A stretch of 64,000 nt of DNA, from positions 5,270,001 through 5,334,000 of the forward strand of contig CM022667.1 of the NCBI GenBank assembly GCA_012295275.1. The letters are read 5' to 3'. The notes under the pieces are model-generated. The model did no database searches, was not told the DNA's origin, and saw nothing but the letters and a program-made list of their open reading frames with translations. The position numbers were made by a program, and so were the translations under genes. Source of the DNA: Chrysomallon squamiferum. Its lineage: Eukaryota > Animalia > Mollusca. Below, piece by piece: positions 30,101-41,519 of this stretch (the first letter of the stretch is position 1; the number at the start of each line of letters is the position of its first letter).

Positions 30101-33100
30101 AAGTATCATGAAACTTACCATCGACATCACTGGCGACTGAAAAGTTTTAGAAAGAAAATAAAAACAATGCAGAAACGAATAAAGACGGAAAAATTGTTTT
30201 AAACTGATCAAGTTAATATTAATATTCATGAGAAAAATATGTGTGTCTATGTATAATTCAGTAATTGTGGATGTATAATATATATATAATCCAGTATTGG
30301 TGGTATTTTATATGTTAATGCTGAATTATATATAATAATTGACATTGAACTATTATTTATGTGTGGATAAATAGCAGAACTTATTCGAATGTATTGCATT
30401 TCTCTAATAAAACTAAGATAAGTAATAAAGTTGTATAAACGCGTTTAGTGTTTTAGTAATCGAAGTACAATTTAATTTTATTTAGTTTAAGTAGAGTTGG
30501 AATGAAATACAAAATAATTCCCAGTCCAGATGTCAAGATTTTATCTATTGTCACTTAGAAAATGTATCACGTAAATTAACATTACTATCATTGTCTGTAT
30601 TTTCTGACCGTATAACAAAAATAAAATCAATAAGTCATAAATAGACAATTAGATGGCGTAATAAAACTTTTATAATAATATGGAAATAATTATGGAAATC
30701 GAATAAAATAAAATTATGATAAATTAAACGAATGAGAAAGAAATAAAATATTAAAACAAAACTGAAAGAACAAAAAAAAATATTTATAAAACTTGATTAA
30801 GTATGCAGAAAGGTACTTTCCCTAAGATGGGGAAGGTTGCGTATATCGGGTTAGGTAAGGACTTATGAAGAAAATGAAAAAAGTGTAGAAGGAAATAAAG
30901 AAGAACTAATGTATTTCTTCTATTTGTCTTACTGAAATACAGTTTGCAGGAAACGTAGCAACACGAATGTGTTTTCTCTATTTGTGTTAGTTAAGTACAA
31001 TTTACAGGAAAGGCAGTTTTACTAATATATTTTATCTACTCGAGTTTGTTAGGAACTATGTATAAGAAATGTTGTACAACTAATATATTAATAAAACTAA
31101 GTATGACGAAACTTACCGTTATATTTGATGCCGGCTGAATATTATGAGCAAAAATGATAGAAATGATTTAAAGTTTAAAAAGAAGTAGTGATGTTATAGA
31201 AACAAAATAAAGTAAAATATATAACTTAATAATAATGAAACAAGAAAATCAATAATAAGTAATGTATATACACACATTCATATATATGTCTATAGTAAAG
31301 GTTTGAATAATTTATGTTCAATGGTATTTAATATGCTAAGGGTGAAGTTTTATGTAATCATTAATTGTGAAGTATAATTTTGTTTCTGGATAAGTTGCAT
31401 AAATTATTGGAATGAATTGCAGATCTCTAATAAAAGTAAAGAGATTAATAAAATACTGTGATCGCTTTTGCTGTTGATGTAAAGAAAGTGAAAATCGAAA
31501 TAGAATAAAACGAAAATTAAGAAAAATTAAACGAATGAGATAGAAATAAAATATTAATATAAAACTGAAAGAGAAAATATATTTGTTAAGTATTAGGGGC
31601 AGATTGCAGTGGTAACAGCAGTATTTTACCTACCTCTGCTCGTTAAGTACACTTTATAGGTGGTACTTATTTCTTAATTAGATTTAGTATCATGAAACTT
31701 ACCTTCGTCATGAACCCCGACTGAAAAGTGTTAGAAAGGAAATAAAAGCAATGCAGAAACGAATAAAGACGTACATTTTTTTAAAAACATCTGAAGTAAA
31801 TATTAATATTCACGAGAAAGAAATAAGTTTGTCTAGGTATAAATCAGTAATTGTGGATGTATAATATAAATATATATATGTATATCATCTAGTATCGGTG
31901 GTATTTTATATGTTAAGGCTGAATTATACATAATAATTGATTGTGAACTATAATTTGTGTGTGGATAAATAGCAGAACTTATTCGAATGTATTGCATTTC
32001 TCTAATAAAACTAAGAAGAGTAATAAAGTTGTATAAGCGCGTTTCGTGTTTTAGTAATCGAAGTACAATTTAACTTTATTTAGTTTAAGTAGAGTTGGAA
32101 TGAACTACGAAATAATTTCAAGTCCAGATGTCAAGATTTTATCTATTGTCACTTAGAAAATGTATCACGTAAATTAACATTACTATCATTGTCTGTATTT
32201 TCTGATAGTATAACAAAAATAAAATCAAAAATCATAAATAGACAATTAAATGGCGTAATAAAACTTTTATAATAATATGGAAACAGTTATGGAAATCGAA
32301 TAAAATAAAATTAAGATAAATTAAACGATTCAGAAAGAAGTAAAATATTAAAAGAAAACTGAAAGAACAAAAACAAAATATTTATAAAACTTGATTAAGT
32401 ATGACGAAACTTACTTTCATTAAGAGGGGGAAGGTTGTCTATATCGGGTTGTGTAAGGACTTAGGAAGAAAATAAAATAAATGTAGAAAGAAATAAAGAA
32501 GAAAAGATATTAAAAAGTCATAAAGTAAATATTAATATTAAAGTGTAAAATGTAGTAAAATGAATAAATAATAAAGAACACAATGGCAGTACTTTATCTG
32601 TTTGTATTCATTAAATACAATTTATGGGGAATGTACTATGACTAAGATACTAATCTTATCTGGTTGTGTTGAGTAAATACAGTCTAACGGAAATATTGAT
32701 TAACTAATGCATTTCATCTATTTGTCTTACTGAAATACAGTTTGCAGGAAACGTAGCAACACTAATGTGTTTTCTCTGTTTGTGTTAGTTAAGTACAATT
32801 TACAGGAAAGGCAGTTTTACTAATATATTTTATCTACCCGAGTTTGTTAGGAACTATGTATAAGAAATGTTGTACAACTAATATATTAATAAAACTAAGT
32901 ATGACGAAAGTTACCGTTAAGTTTGATGCCGGCTGAAAATTATGAGCAAAAATGATAGAAATAAAGTGGAAATGATTAAAAGTTTAAAAAGAAGTAGTGA
33001 TGTGAAAGAAAAAAAAATAAAGTAAAATATACAACTTAATAATAATGAAACAAGAAAATAAATAATAAGTAATGTATATACACACATTCATATATATGTC

Positions 33101-34895
33101 TATAGTAAAGGTTTGAATAATTTATGTTCAATGGTATTTAATATGTTAAGGGTGAAGTTTTATGTAATCATTAATTGTGAAGTATAATTTTGTTTGTGGA
33201 TAAGTTGCATAAATTATTGGAATGAATTGCAGATCTCTAATAAAAGTAAAGAGATTAATAAAATAGTGTGATCGCTTTTGCTGTTGATGTAAAGGAAGTG
33301 AAAATCGAAATAGAATAAAACGAAAATTAAGAAAAATTAAACGAATGAGATAGAAATAAAATATTAATATAAAACTGAAAGAGAAAATATATTTGTTAAG
33401 TATTACGGGCAGATTGCAGTGGTAACAGCAGTATTTTATTTACCTCTGCTCGTTAAGTACACTTTATAGGTGGTACTTATTTCTTAATTAGATTTAGTAT
33501 CATGAAACTTACCTTCGTCATGAACCCCGACTGAAAAGTGTTAGAAAGGAAATAAAAGCAATGCAGAAACGAATAAAGACGTACATTTTTTAAAAAACAT
33601 CTGAAGTAAATATTAATATTCATGAGAAAGAAATAAGTTTGTCTATGTATAAATCAGTAATTGTGGATGTATAATATAAATATATATATGTATATCATCT
33701 AGTATCGGTGGTATTTTATATGTTAAGGCTGAATTATACATAATAATTGATTGTGAGCTATAATTTGTGTGTGGATAAATAGCAGAACTTATTCGAATGT
33801 ATTGCATTTCTCTAATAAAACTAAGAAGAGTAATTAAGTTGTATAAGCGCGTTTCGTGTTTTAGTAATCGAAGTACAATTTAACTTTATTTAGTTTAAGT
33901 AGAGTTGGAATGAACTACGAAATAATTTCAACTCCAGATGTCAAGATTTTATCTATTGTCACTTAGAAAATATATCACGTAAATTAACATTACTATCATT
34001 GTCTGTATTTTCTGATAGTATAACAAAAATAAAATCAAAAATCATAAATAGACAATTAAATGGCGTAATAAATCTTTTATAATAATATGGAAACAGTTAT
34101 GGAAATTGAATAAAATAAAATTAAGATAAATTAAACGATTCAGAAAGAAGTAAAATATTAAAACAAAACTGAAAGAACAACATTTTTTTTTTTATAAAAC
34201 TTGATTAAGTATGACGAAACTTACTTTCATTAAGAGGGGGAAGGTTGTCTATATCGGGTTGTGTAAGGACTTAGGAAGAAAATAAAATAAATGTAGAAAG
34301 AAATAAAGAAGAAAAGATATTAAAAAGTCATAAAGTAAATATTAATATTAAAGTGTAAAATGTAGTAAAATGAATAAATAATAAAGAACACAATGGCAGT
34401 ACTTTATCTGTTTGTATTCATTAAATACAATTTATGGGGAATGTACTATGACTAAGATACTAATCTTATCTGGTTGTGTTGAGTAAATACAGTCTAACGG
34501 AAATATTGATTAACTAATGCATTTCATCTATTTGTCTTACTGAAATACAGTTTGCAGGAAACGTAGCAACACTAATGTGTTTTCTCTGTTTGTGTTAGTT
34601 AAGTACAATTTACAGGAAAGGCAGTTTTACTAATATATTTTATCTACTCGAGTTTGTTACGGACTATGTATAAGAAATGTTGTACAACTAATATATTAAT
34701 AAAACTAAGTATGACGAAACTTACCGTTCAGTTTGATGCCGGCTGAAAATTATGAGCAAAAATGATAGAAATAAAGTGGAAATGATTGAAAGTTGAAAAA
34801 GAAGTAGTGATGTTAAAGAAAGAAATAAAGTAAAATATTTAACTTAATAATAATGAAACAAGAAAATAAATAATAAGTAATGTATATACACATTC

Positions 34896-34932
<37 letters not shown>

Positions 34933-37900
34933 CAAATGTTAGAATAATTTATGTTCAATGGTATTTAATATGCTAAGGGTGAAGTTTTATGTAATCATTA
35001 ATTGTGAAGTATAATTTTGTTTCTGGATAAGTTGCATAAATTATTGGAATGAATTGCAGATCTCTAATAAAAGTAAAGAGATTAGTAAAATACATAGCTT
35101 TTGCTGTTGATGTAAAGGAAGTGAAAATCGAAATAGAATAAAACGAAAATTAAGAAAAATTAAACGAATGAAATAGAAATAAAATATTAATATAAAACTG
35201 AAAGAAAATGTATTTGTTAAGTATTACGGGAATATTGGAATGAAACTTATCATCGACATCACTGGCGACTGAAAAGTGTTAGTAAGAAAATAAAAGCAAT
35301 GTAGAAACAAAGAAAGAAGGAAAAACTGTTATAATATTTTCAAGTAAATATTAATATTCATGAGAAAAAAAATACAGTGAAATGATGTAATAATTTACAA
35401 CACAAGGGCAATACTTTTTCTATTGGTGTTTATTAAGTACTTTTAATGGGAAATGTACTATGACTCACGGATCTTATCTACTTAAGTACAGTTTATAGTA
35501 CATTGTGGTTTGACTAACGTATTTTCTCTACTGATAGTTTAGTGGACATATTTTTTAGTGGACATATTTATTAACTGATGTATTTTATCAATTTGTATTT
35601 CTTAAGTACTGTTTACAGGAAACGTAACATGACTAAACCATTTTATATTTTTCTCTGAGTTAAGTGCACATACTGGAAATGCGATATGACTAATACATTT
35701 TATCTACATGTGGTATAAACGAAGCATGACTAAAGCATTTTATGTTTCTGTTAGTTAAGTAAAGTTTACAGGACAGCAGTATGAGTAATAAATGTTATGT
35801 TCTTGAGGTAGCTAGGTGGAATTTATACATAATGTAGCAAACATAATGTATTAGTTAGACTGGTATGACGAAACTTACCCTCAGTATTGCTATCGTCTGA
35901 AAATACGAGGAAAAATAAAAGAAATAAAAGAAAAACTGTAAATATTGATTAGCTAATGTATTTTATCAATTTGTGTTACTTAAATACAGTTTACAGAAAC
36001 ATAGCTTAAGAAATATATTTTATCTTTTTGCGTTAGTTTACTTCACAGAAAATGCAGTATGTTTAATGTATTTCTTCTACTTGTGTTAGATAAGTACAAC
36101 TGATAGGAAATATAGTACCACTAATATATTAATAATACTGGGTATGACGAAACTTACCCTCAACATTGCTGTCGTCTGAAAATATGAGGAGAAACAAAAG
36201 AAATAAAGAAAAAAGATAAAATGTTTCAAAAAATATGTATAAAAGATTTTAAAGAAAAATGGTAAAGTATAATAAATAAATGAACAATAATATTGAAGAA
36301 AAATAGAAATGATAAACGACCAACAACAATAACATGAAAATTAATAATAATAAAACCCTATTAACATTATGCATTATCAGTGTTATCTATATGACGTTTA
36401 ATTATTTATTATGAATTATTTTTTTTTCTCTTTAAATTATTGTTGTTTTTATTATTATTATTATTCTCTCCATCTATCCATATATATATATATATATATA
36501 TAGTAAATCTTAGAAGAATTTGTTTTCGATCGTGCTTTATATGCTAAGACTGAATTAAATATAATCATTTTTGTTAACTATATTTTTTGTGTGGATAAGT
36601 AGCAGAAATTATTGTAATATATTGCATTACTCTTATACAACTAAGCATATTAATAAAGTTGTATACAAAGTTAAAATAAAACACAAAAAAATAAAACGCC
36701 TTTCATTTTTAGGTAATAAAAGTAAATTTTGTTTTTATTTGACTTGAATTGAGTTGGAATGTTCTACCAAACAATTTAAAGTGCAGATGTCAATATTTGA
36801 TCTACCGTCACTTAGCACGAATTATTCACAGTATGACGTAAATTACTATTGCTATCATCGTTCGCATTTTGTGATAATAGAACAAAACTGAACTAAATAA
36901 AGCTTAAATAGATCATTAAACTGTAACAAAAACATTTATAATAATGTACAAGAAAAAATATCGAAATAGAATAAAGTAAAAATTAAGAGAAATCAAAGGA
37001 GTGAGATAGAATTCAAACATTAAACTAAAAGTACAGTTTATAGGTATGACTAATTTCCTAATAAGACTACCAATAATAATAAATATAACTAATCTTAGCA
37101 TCGACATCTCTGTCGACTGAAAAGTCTTAGGGAGAAAATAAAAGCAAAGTAGAAACAAATAGAGAAGGAATAAATATTAGAAAGTTATGTAGTAAATATT
37201 AATATTAAAGAGAAAGAATACTGTGATATATATATTTTTAATTAACTACACAAAAATAACGGCAACAAAAACAATAACAGGAACAACAACATCAATAACG
37301 ACATATTAACATTATGGAAAAGGTATGTTGCGTTTCGTATTTTTTTATTTTCCATTTTCTATTATTGCTATTGTTCTGTTGGTCGATGGTATTTGATAAA
37401 CACTGAATTATTTATGATAATTAACAGTGAAGTTTAAGTTTAGTGTCGTCAAATAACCGAAATTATTGGAATGCGTGGCATTTCTCTAATAAAAATACAT
37501 TTTGATTTCATGTAATTTAAACACATTTAGAATGTCATACGAACGACATTCAAGAGTAAACGTTAAGATTTTTGTCACTGGCGCTCATTAAACAGAATTT
37601 ATCAGTGCGGTCAAAAAATCTGAGGAAGAAAATAACAGGAATGTACAAACAAATAAACAAGTAAAAAGTGATTAAAAATGTACAAAGTAAATATTAAAAT
37701 TAAAGAGACAAAATGCAGTAAAATAAATTAATAATTAATAACACAATAACAACAATAACAACAACAACAACAACAACAGCAACAAAAGTAGTACCACAGA
37801 TAATAATAAGAACAAAATTTTAATGTTATGGAGAAGAAAAGGTTGCCTTTCTTATTTTTTCATTATTGATTTTCTGGGTTTTGGGATTTTTTTTTCTAAC

Positions 37901-38481
37901 GGTTGATGGTATTTCATAAACACTGAATTATTTATAATAAGTGTGAACTATATGCTTTGTATTACTACATGGCAGATTGTTGGAATTCGTCGTGATTCTC
38001 TCGTAAAAATAAATTTAGTGTTTATGTAATTAATCTATGCAGACTAACAGTGCAGTACGAGCGCATCTCGTGTTTATCCAGTAAAAAGAAAGTTTGTTTC
38101 TATGCAATTTAAATAAATGTAATAAGCGATATGAAAGAATTTCAAGTATAAACGTCAAGATTATATCTACTGGTTCTCGTTAAATACTTTTTGAGAAATG
38201 ATATTGAGAATGATAAAATGTTCTAGTAACTTCCTCTATCTATTCTCACGACAGAAAGGGAAGAAGAAAAAATACATTATGAATTTTTTTTTTTTTTTTT
38301 TTAAATACAAATAAAGAATAAGAATTCAAAACATTAATAATAAAATGTAAGAAAATAACGAAATTAGAGTGAAATAAAGATGAAGAGAAACTAAACGAAT
38401 ACTATGGTGTTCGGTAAAGTGCAGGTTATCTAATTTCCTATTAAGACTAAGTATGAGGAAACTTACCACTGACTTTAGTCG
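1219..38481 (-). CDS. Array of ~53 symmetric phase-1 micro-exons encoding an acidic/Pro-rich low-complexity polypeptide (partial gene; continues beyond window start)
   Basis: On the + strand each unit reads gtatgacgaaacTTAC-[exon]-CTgaaaa or -CTtaggaag, i.e. minus-strand acceptor AG ... donor GTAAGT. Exons in transcript order with phase-1 translation: 38467-38481 TTKVS; 36158-36175 DDSNVE; 35879-35896 DDSNTE; 34725-34742 AGIKLN; 34225-34269 VLTQPDIDNLPPLNE; 33513-33530 IGVHDE; 32915-32932 AGIKLN; 32415-32459 VLTQPDIDNLPPLNE; 31703-31720 IGVHDE; 31117-31134 AGIKYN; 30119-30136 VASDVD; 29514-29531 AGSKPK; 28936-28953 DDDEPE; 28243-28260 IAIDFE; 27566-27583 DGPELI; 27077-27115 EYPIYGPVGNDMH; 25896-25931 APVPEPPLPDTN; 25208-25225 DDSNIQ; 24659-24676 VAGDVD; 24054-24071 AGSKPK; 23418-23435 DDDDPE; 22715-22732 IAIDFE; 22039-22056 ARPKPI; 21266-21301 APVPEPPLPDMH; 20085-20120 APVPKPPLPDTN; 19397-19414 DDSNIQ; 18849-18866 VASDVD; 18238-18255 AGSKPK; 17659-17676 DDDDPE; 16956-16973 IAIDCE; 16277-16294 GRPKRI; 15505-15540 APVPKPPLPDTN; 14816-14833 DDSNIQ; 14269-14286 VASDVD; 13657-13674 AGSKPK; 13079-13096 DDDDPE; 12377-12394 IAIDCE; 11699-11716 GRPKRI; 10926-10961 APVPKPPLPDTN; 10134-10151 DDSNIQ; 9584-9601 VASDVD; 8973-8990 AGSKPK; 8337-8354 DDDDPE; 7634-7651 MAIDFE; 6925-6942 EGPKPI; 6436-6474 EYPIYGPDGDDMH; 5112-5129 DDSNVE; 4579-4596 VASDVD; 3825-3842 DDSKVK; 3187-3204 AGPKPL; 2639-2677 DVTVHFTLDNDMN; 1733-1750 DDSNDE; 1219-1236 VSSDVG. 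All lengths are multiples of 3 and only phase 1 is stop-free across all classes. Another acceptor (tgaaaagtgttaggaag) sits at position 1. Confidence 0.85.
7400..30200. repeat. Near-identical tandem segmental repeats, unit ~4.58 kb (variant units up to ~5.8 kb), each holding 7-8 micro-exons
   Basis: The Pro-rich exon recurs at 10926, 15505 and 20085 (spacing 4579, 4580) and at 25896 (5811). The AGSKPK exon recurs at 8973, 13657, 18238, 24054 and 29514. Introns are almost base-identical between copies. Boundaries approximate. Confidence 0.9.
29550..35230. repeat. Tandem repeat, unit ~1.81 kb, about 3 copies, 3 micro-exons each
   Basis: Exon pairs 31703/33513, 32415/34225 and 32915/34725 are each exactly 1810 bp apart; the first copy is shorter and degenerate. 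Boundaries approximate. Confidence 0.85.
30817..30861 (-). pseudogene. Dead 45-nt micro-exon
   Basis: Copy of the VLTQPDIDNLPPLNE exon with an in-frame TAA (CAA>TAA) and donor changed from GTAAGT to GTACCT. Confidence 0.7.
35251..35268 (-). pseudogene. Dead micro-exon (VASDVD class)
   Basis: Exon body and acceptor intact, but donor GT>AT (+ strand aaacttat). Confidence 0.65.
37099..37116 (-). pseudogene. Dead micro-exon (VDRDVD)
   Basis: Acceptor ttttcag intact; donor GT>CT (+ strand aatcttag). Confidence 0.55.
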
Positions 38482-41400
38482 CTAAAAGTACTGAGGAAGA
38501 AAATGAAAGAAATGCACAAACGAATAAAGAAGGAAAAAAAAATCAATAAAAAAGTTAAATCGTAAATATTGATATTAAAGAGAAAACTGTAATAAAATAA
38601 ATTAATAATTAATATCGTAATAACAGCAACAAAGTATTGATATTGTGAAGAATTAAGGTTGCCATTCGTGTTTTTCACTATTCTGTTTCCATTCTTTTCT
38701 TTTTTTTCGATGGTGTTTTATAAACACTGAATTATTTAATACTTTAGGTTTAGTTTCGAGAAATAACCGAAATTTTTGGAATCCGTGGCGTTTTTCTAAT
38801 AAAAATAAATTTAGATTTCATGTAATTTAAAAACATTTAGAATGTAATACAGAACGAAATTCACAAGCAAACATCAAGATTTTAGGAACTGGCCCTCTTT
38901 AAATAGAATTTACAGAAAAAGTACTAATGATTGTCACTATGCTGGAAGTTACCATTAGTATCATCGTCGTCTATATTTTGTCGTAATAATAAGAACATAA
39001 ATTAAAATAAATAATACAAAAAGATAATTAAATGGTTCGAATATCATTAGTAATAATATTGAATGAAATAATTGAAATAGATTTCAATAAAAACAAATGG
39101 AAATTAAATAAAAATAGAGAAACAAAAAGATTTTATGAAGCTGAGACAAAAGATTTATAAAGTAACACAATTACAGTAGTAATAGTGTATTTTATCTACT
39201 TGCTTTCGTTAAGTACAAATTATAGGAAATGTGGTATGAGTAATGTATTATTAACAATGATGAAATAAACCATGAGAATTACCGTCGCCTGAAGACTGAT
39301 GGAAGAAAAAAGTCAATAAAGACATAAACAAAAGAAAAGAAAATTCAAAAGTTTAGAAATAAATAGGCATGTCAAAGGAAAAAGTAAAGCAATATGAATA
39401 AATAAGTAGGAATTAAAATGATAATAATAACCATAATAACATTATCGACAAGGAAGGTTGCATTTCGTAGTTATCCTTTATTTCCTAATACTTCTTTCTA
39501 CATTTATTTTTGAAATCTTATAATAACTTATGGTCAGTGGTATTATATAATCACTGAATTATTTATAATAATTGTGAACTATACGCTTAGTATGAATACA
39601 TGACACAGATTGTTGGAATGCGTCGCGTTTCTCTCATAAAACTAAATTTAGTTTGCTTGTAATGTAAGTAGATTAACAGTGTAGTATGAGCGCATTTCAT
39701 ATTTATCCAGTAAAAAGAAAGTTTGTTTATATGCAATTAAAATAAATTTAGAAAGCGATATGAAAGAATTGCAAGTATAAAGGTCAAGATTTTATCTTCT
39801 GATGTTCAGTAAATACCTTTAGAGAAATGATATTCAGAATGATGAAATTTATTAGTATCTTCCTCTATGTGTTCTCACGAAAGAAGAAATAATTATTAAA
39901 AAAAAAATAATAATAATAAAAATTAAAAAAAAAAAAAATGAAGCATAAAAACAGTAAAATGTTTCGAAAACGTTAATAATAACACTGAAAAAATAATAAT
40001 ATTAAAGTTCAAAGTAATAAAACTGAATTTATATATAAAAAGAAAAGAAAAAGAGAATGAGCGACCTCTGTCTAATGGGGAATTCTGTTCTGGCTATTTT
40101 TGTCACAAATACTCCTATTACTATTACTACTACTACTACTACTACTACTACTAATAATAATAATAATAATAAGAAGAAGAAGAAGAAGAAGAAGAATACT
40201 AACAAAAAGTAAATAAATAAATAAATAAATAAATATTAAAATAAATAAATAAAAAGAAATAAATTCAATTCATACCAGTTATTAAAATAAACACCTGTTC
40301 AGTTACTGCTTGAACAATTTAATTTTTATTCTAAATTAGAAAAGTTACTAATTCTTGTATCAGGTAGATAACATCAAACTTCAAAAACAAAATCCTGCAT
40401 AGTTCTTGTGCCAGATATGACGACAGTTGATCCTAGTCTACGTTATATACACTTTCAGATATTAAGAGAGAAGGAAATAATTACTTTTCCTCCGAGTACC
40501 CTGAACATAGAGCATAAACAGTTTCTGTTTCGTTTGGTCTGGCCGAGCCTAATTTCTTAAACGAGAGAAAAATGGTCAGACAAAATGTTTAGATCTTGAT
40601 ATCTCAGCTAGCCCTGAATAGCTGAAGAAATATCAATTTAACAATGTTTGGTGTGTGCAAAACAAACATTACTGGCTTAGGCATGCATATTGCTGACCTA
40701 CATTAGCCAAAATCTCTAGAATTTCTATATGAACTGTTTTCGAAACGGTATATGCGTCAAATGAAAGGGGAAAGAATGAAAAGTATTTTCACTTCAAATA
40801 CCAAGCCCCTTAGATCACCCAACAACAGTTCCTTTTTGTTTTCTTTCCTGCCTGTAATACACCACCAAGTGTAGGTTCGTTCCATACCGCAATTATCACC
40901 CTACCCGTTTTGTAGTTAACTGCGATTGTTGTGTTATGAATGATAACTTTGGTCTTTCTTTTAATGTTTTTAGAATAGCCAAGTCTCCTGTTTCTTTTCT
41001 TCTTTTTTTGTTTTGATAATAAACACAAGAATAATATTCTCTGTGTAAAAATATATTTTTGAGGTTGGACAGTGAAGAGAATAGTCATACTTCAGAGATT
41101 GGACGTAGATTTATTTCATGTTTCCCTTTGCACCAGAATGACTATTATGAAGTCTGGTCTACTGATTTCTGAAATACTGTGTTCATCCCTCTTTTGTTTA
41201 AAAATATAAATTTTGGAAAAGTTGATGATACAAAACTATCAATCCAAGAAAGATTATTATTTAAAATGAACTTTCATATGATTTTTTTTATCAAAATTTT
41301 AATCATTCCTGTTAGAACGTTTTTGGCACATGACTCACTTCCACTGTACGTTAATGTTTACATGATGCAAAACAAATTGAAGGCTCTGCACCCACAAAAT

Positions 41401-41519
41401 AAACCGCGCAAAATGCACATAAACACAAATATAATATACACTTATGGGTATTTATGTACATATGTTTGTGTGCTTGTCTCTTTGTTTATATAACGCAAAG
41501 TTTTGTATATACAACTTAC

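Noticed and set aside
478-36180. CRISPR-like pattern: constant gtatgacgaaacttac followed by variable short 'spacers'
   Set aside because: Eukaryotic context, spacing of hundreds of bp and no cas genes. The constant motif is the reverse complement of a splice donor.
5114-38678. Recurrent hydrophobic 60-104 aa minus-strand ORFs (F/I/L/Y-rich)
   Set aside because: Translations of T-rich intron and polypyrimidine sequence. They recur only because of the tandem duplications and cross the micro-exons in other frames.
40485-40500. 16-nt AG/GT-flanked candidate exon after the gene C Ig exon
   Set aside because: Not a multiple of 3; it would shift the array into a frame with stops, and no compensating exon was found.
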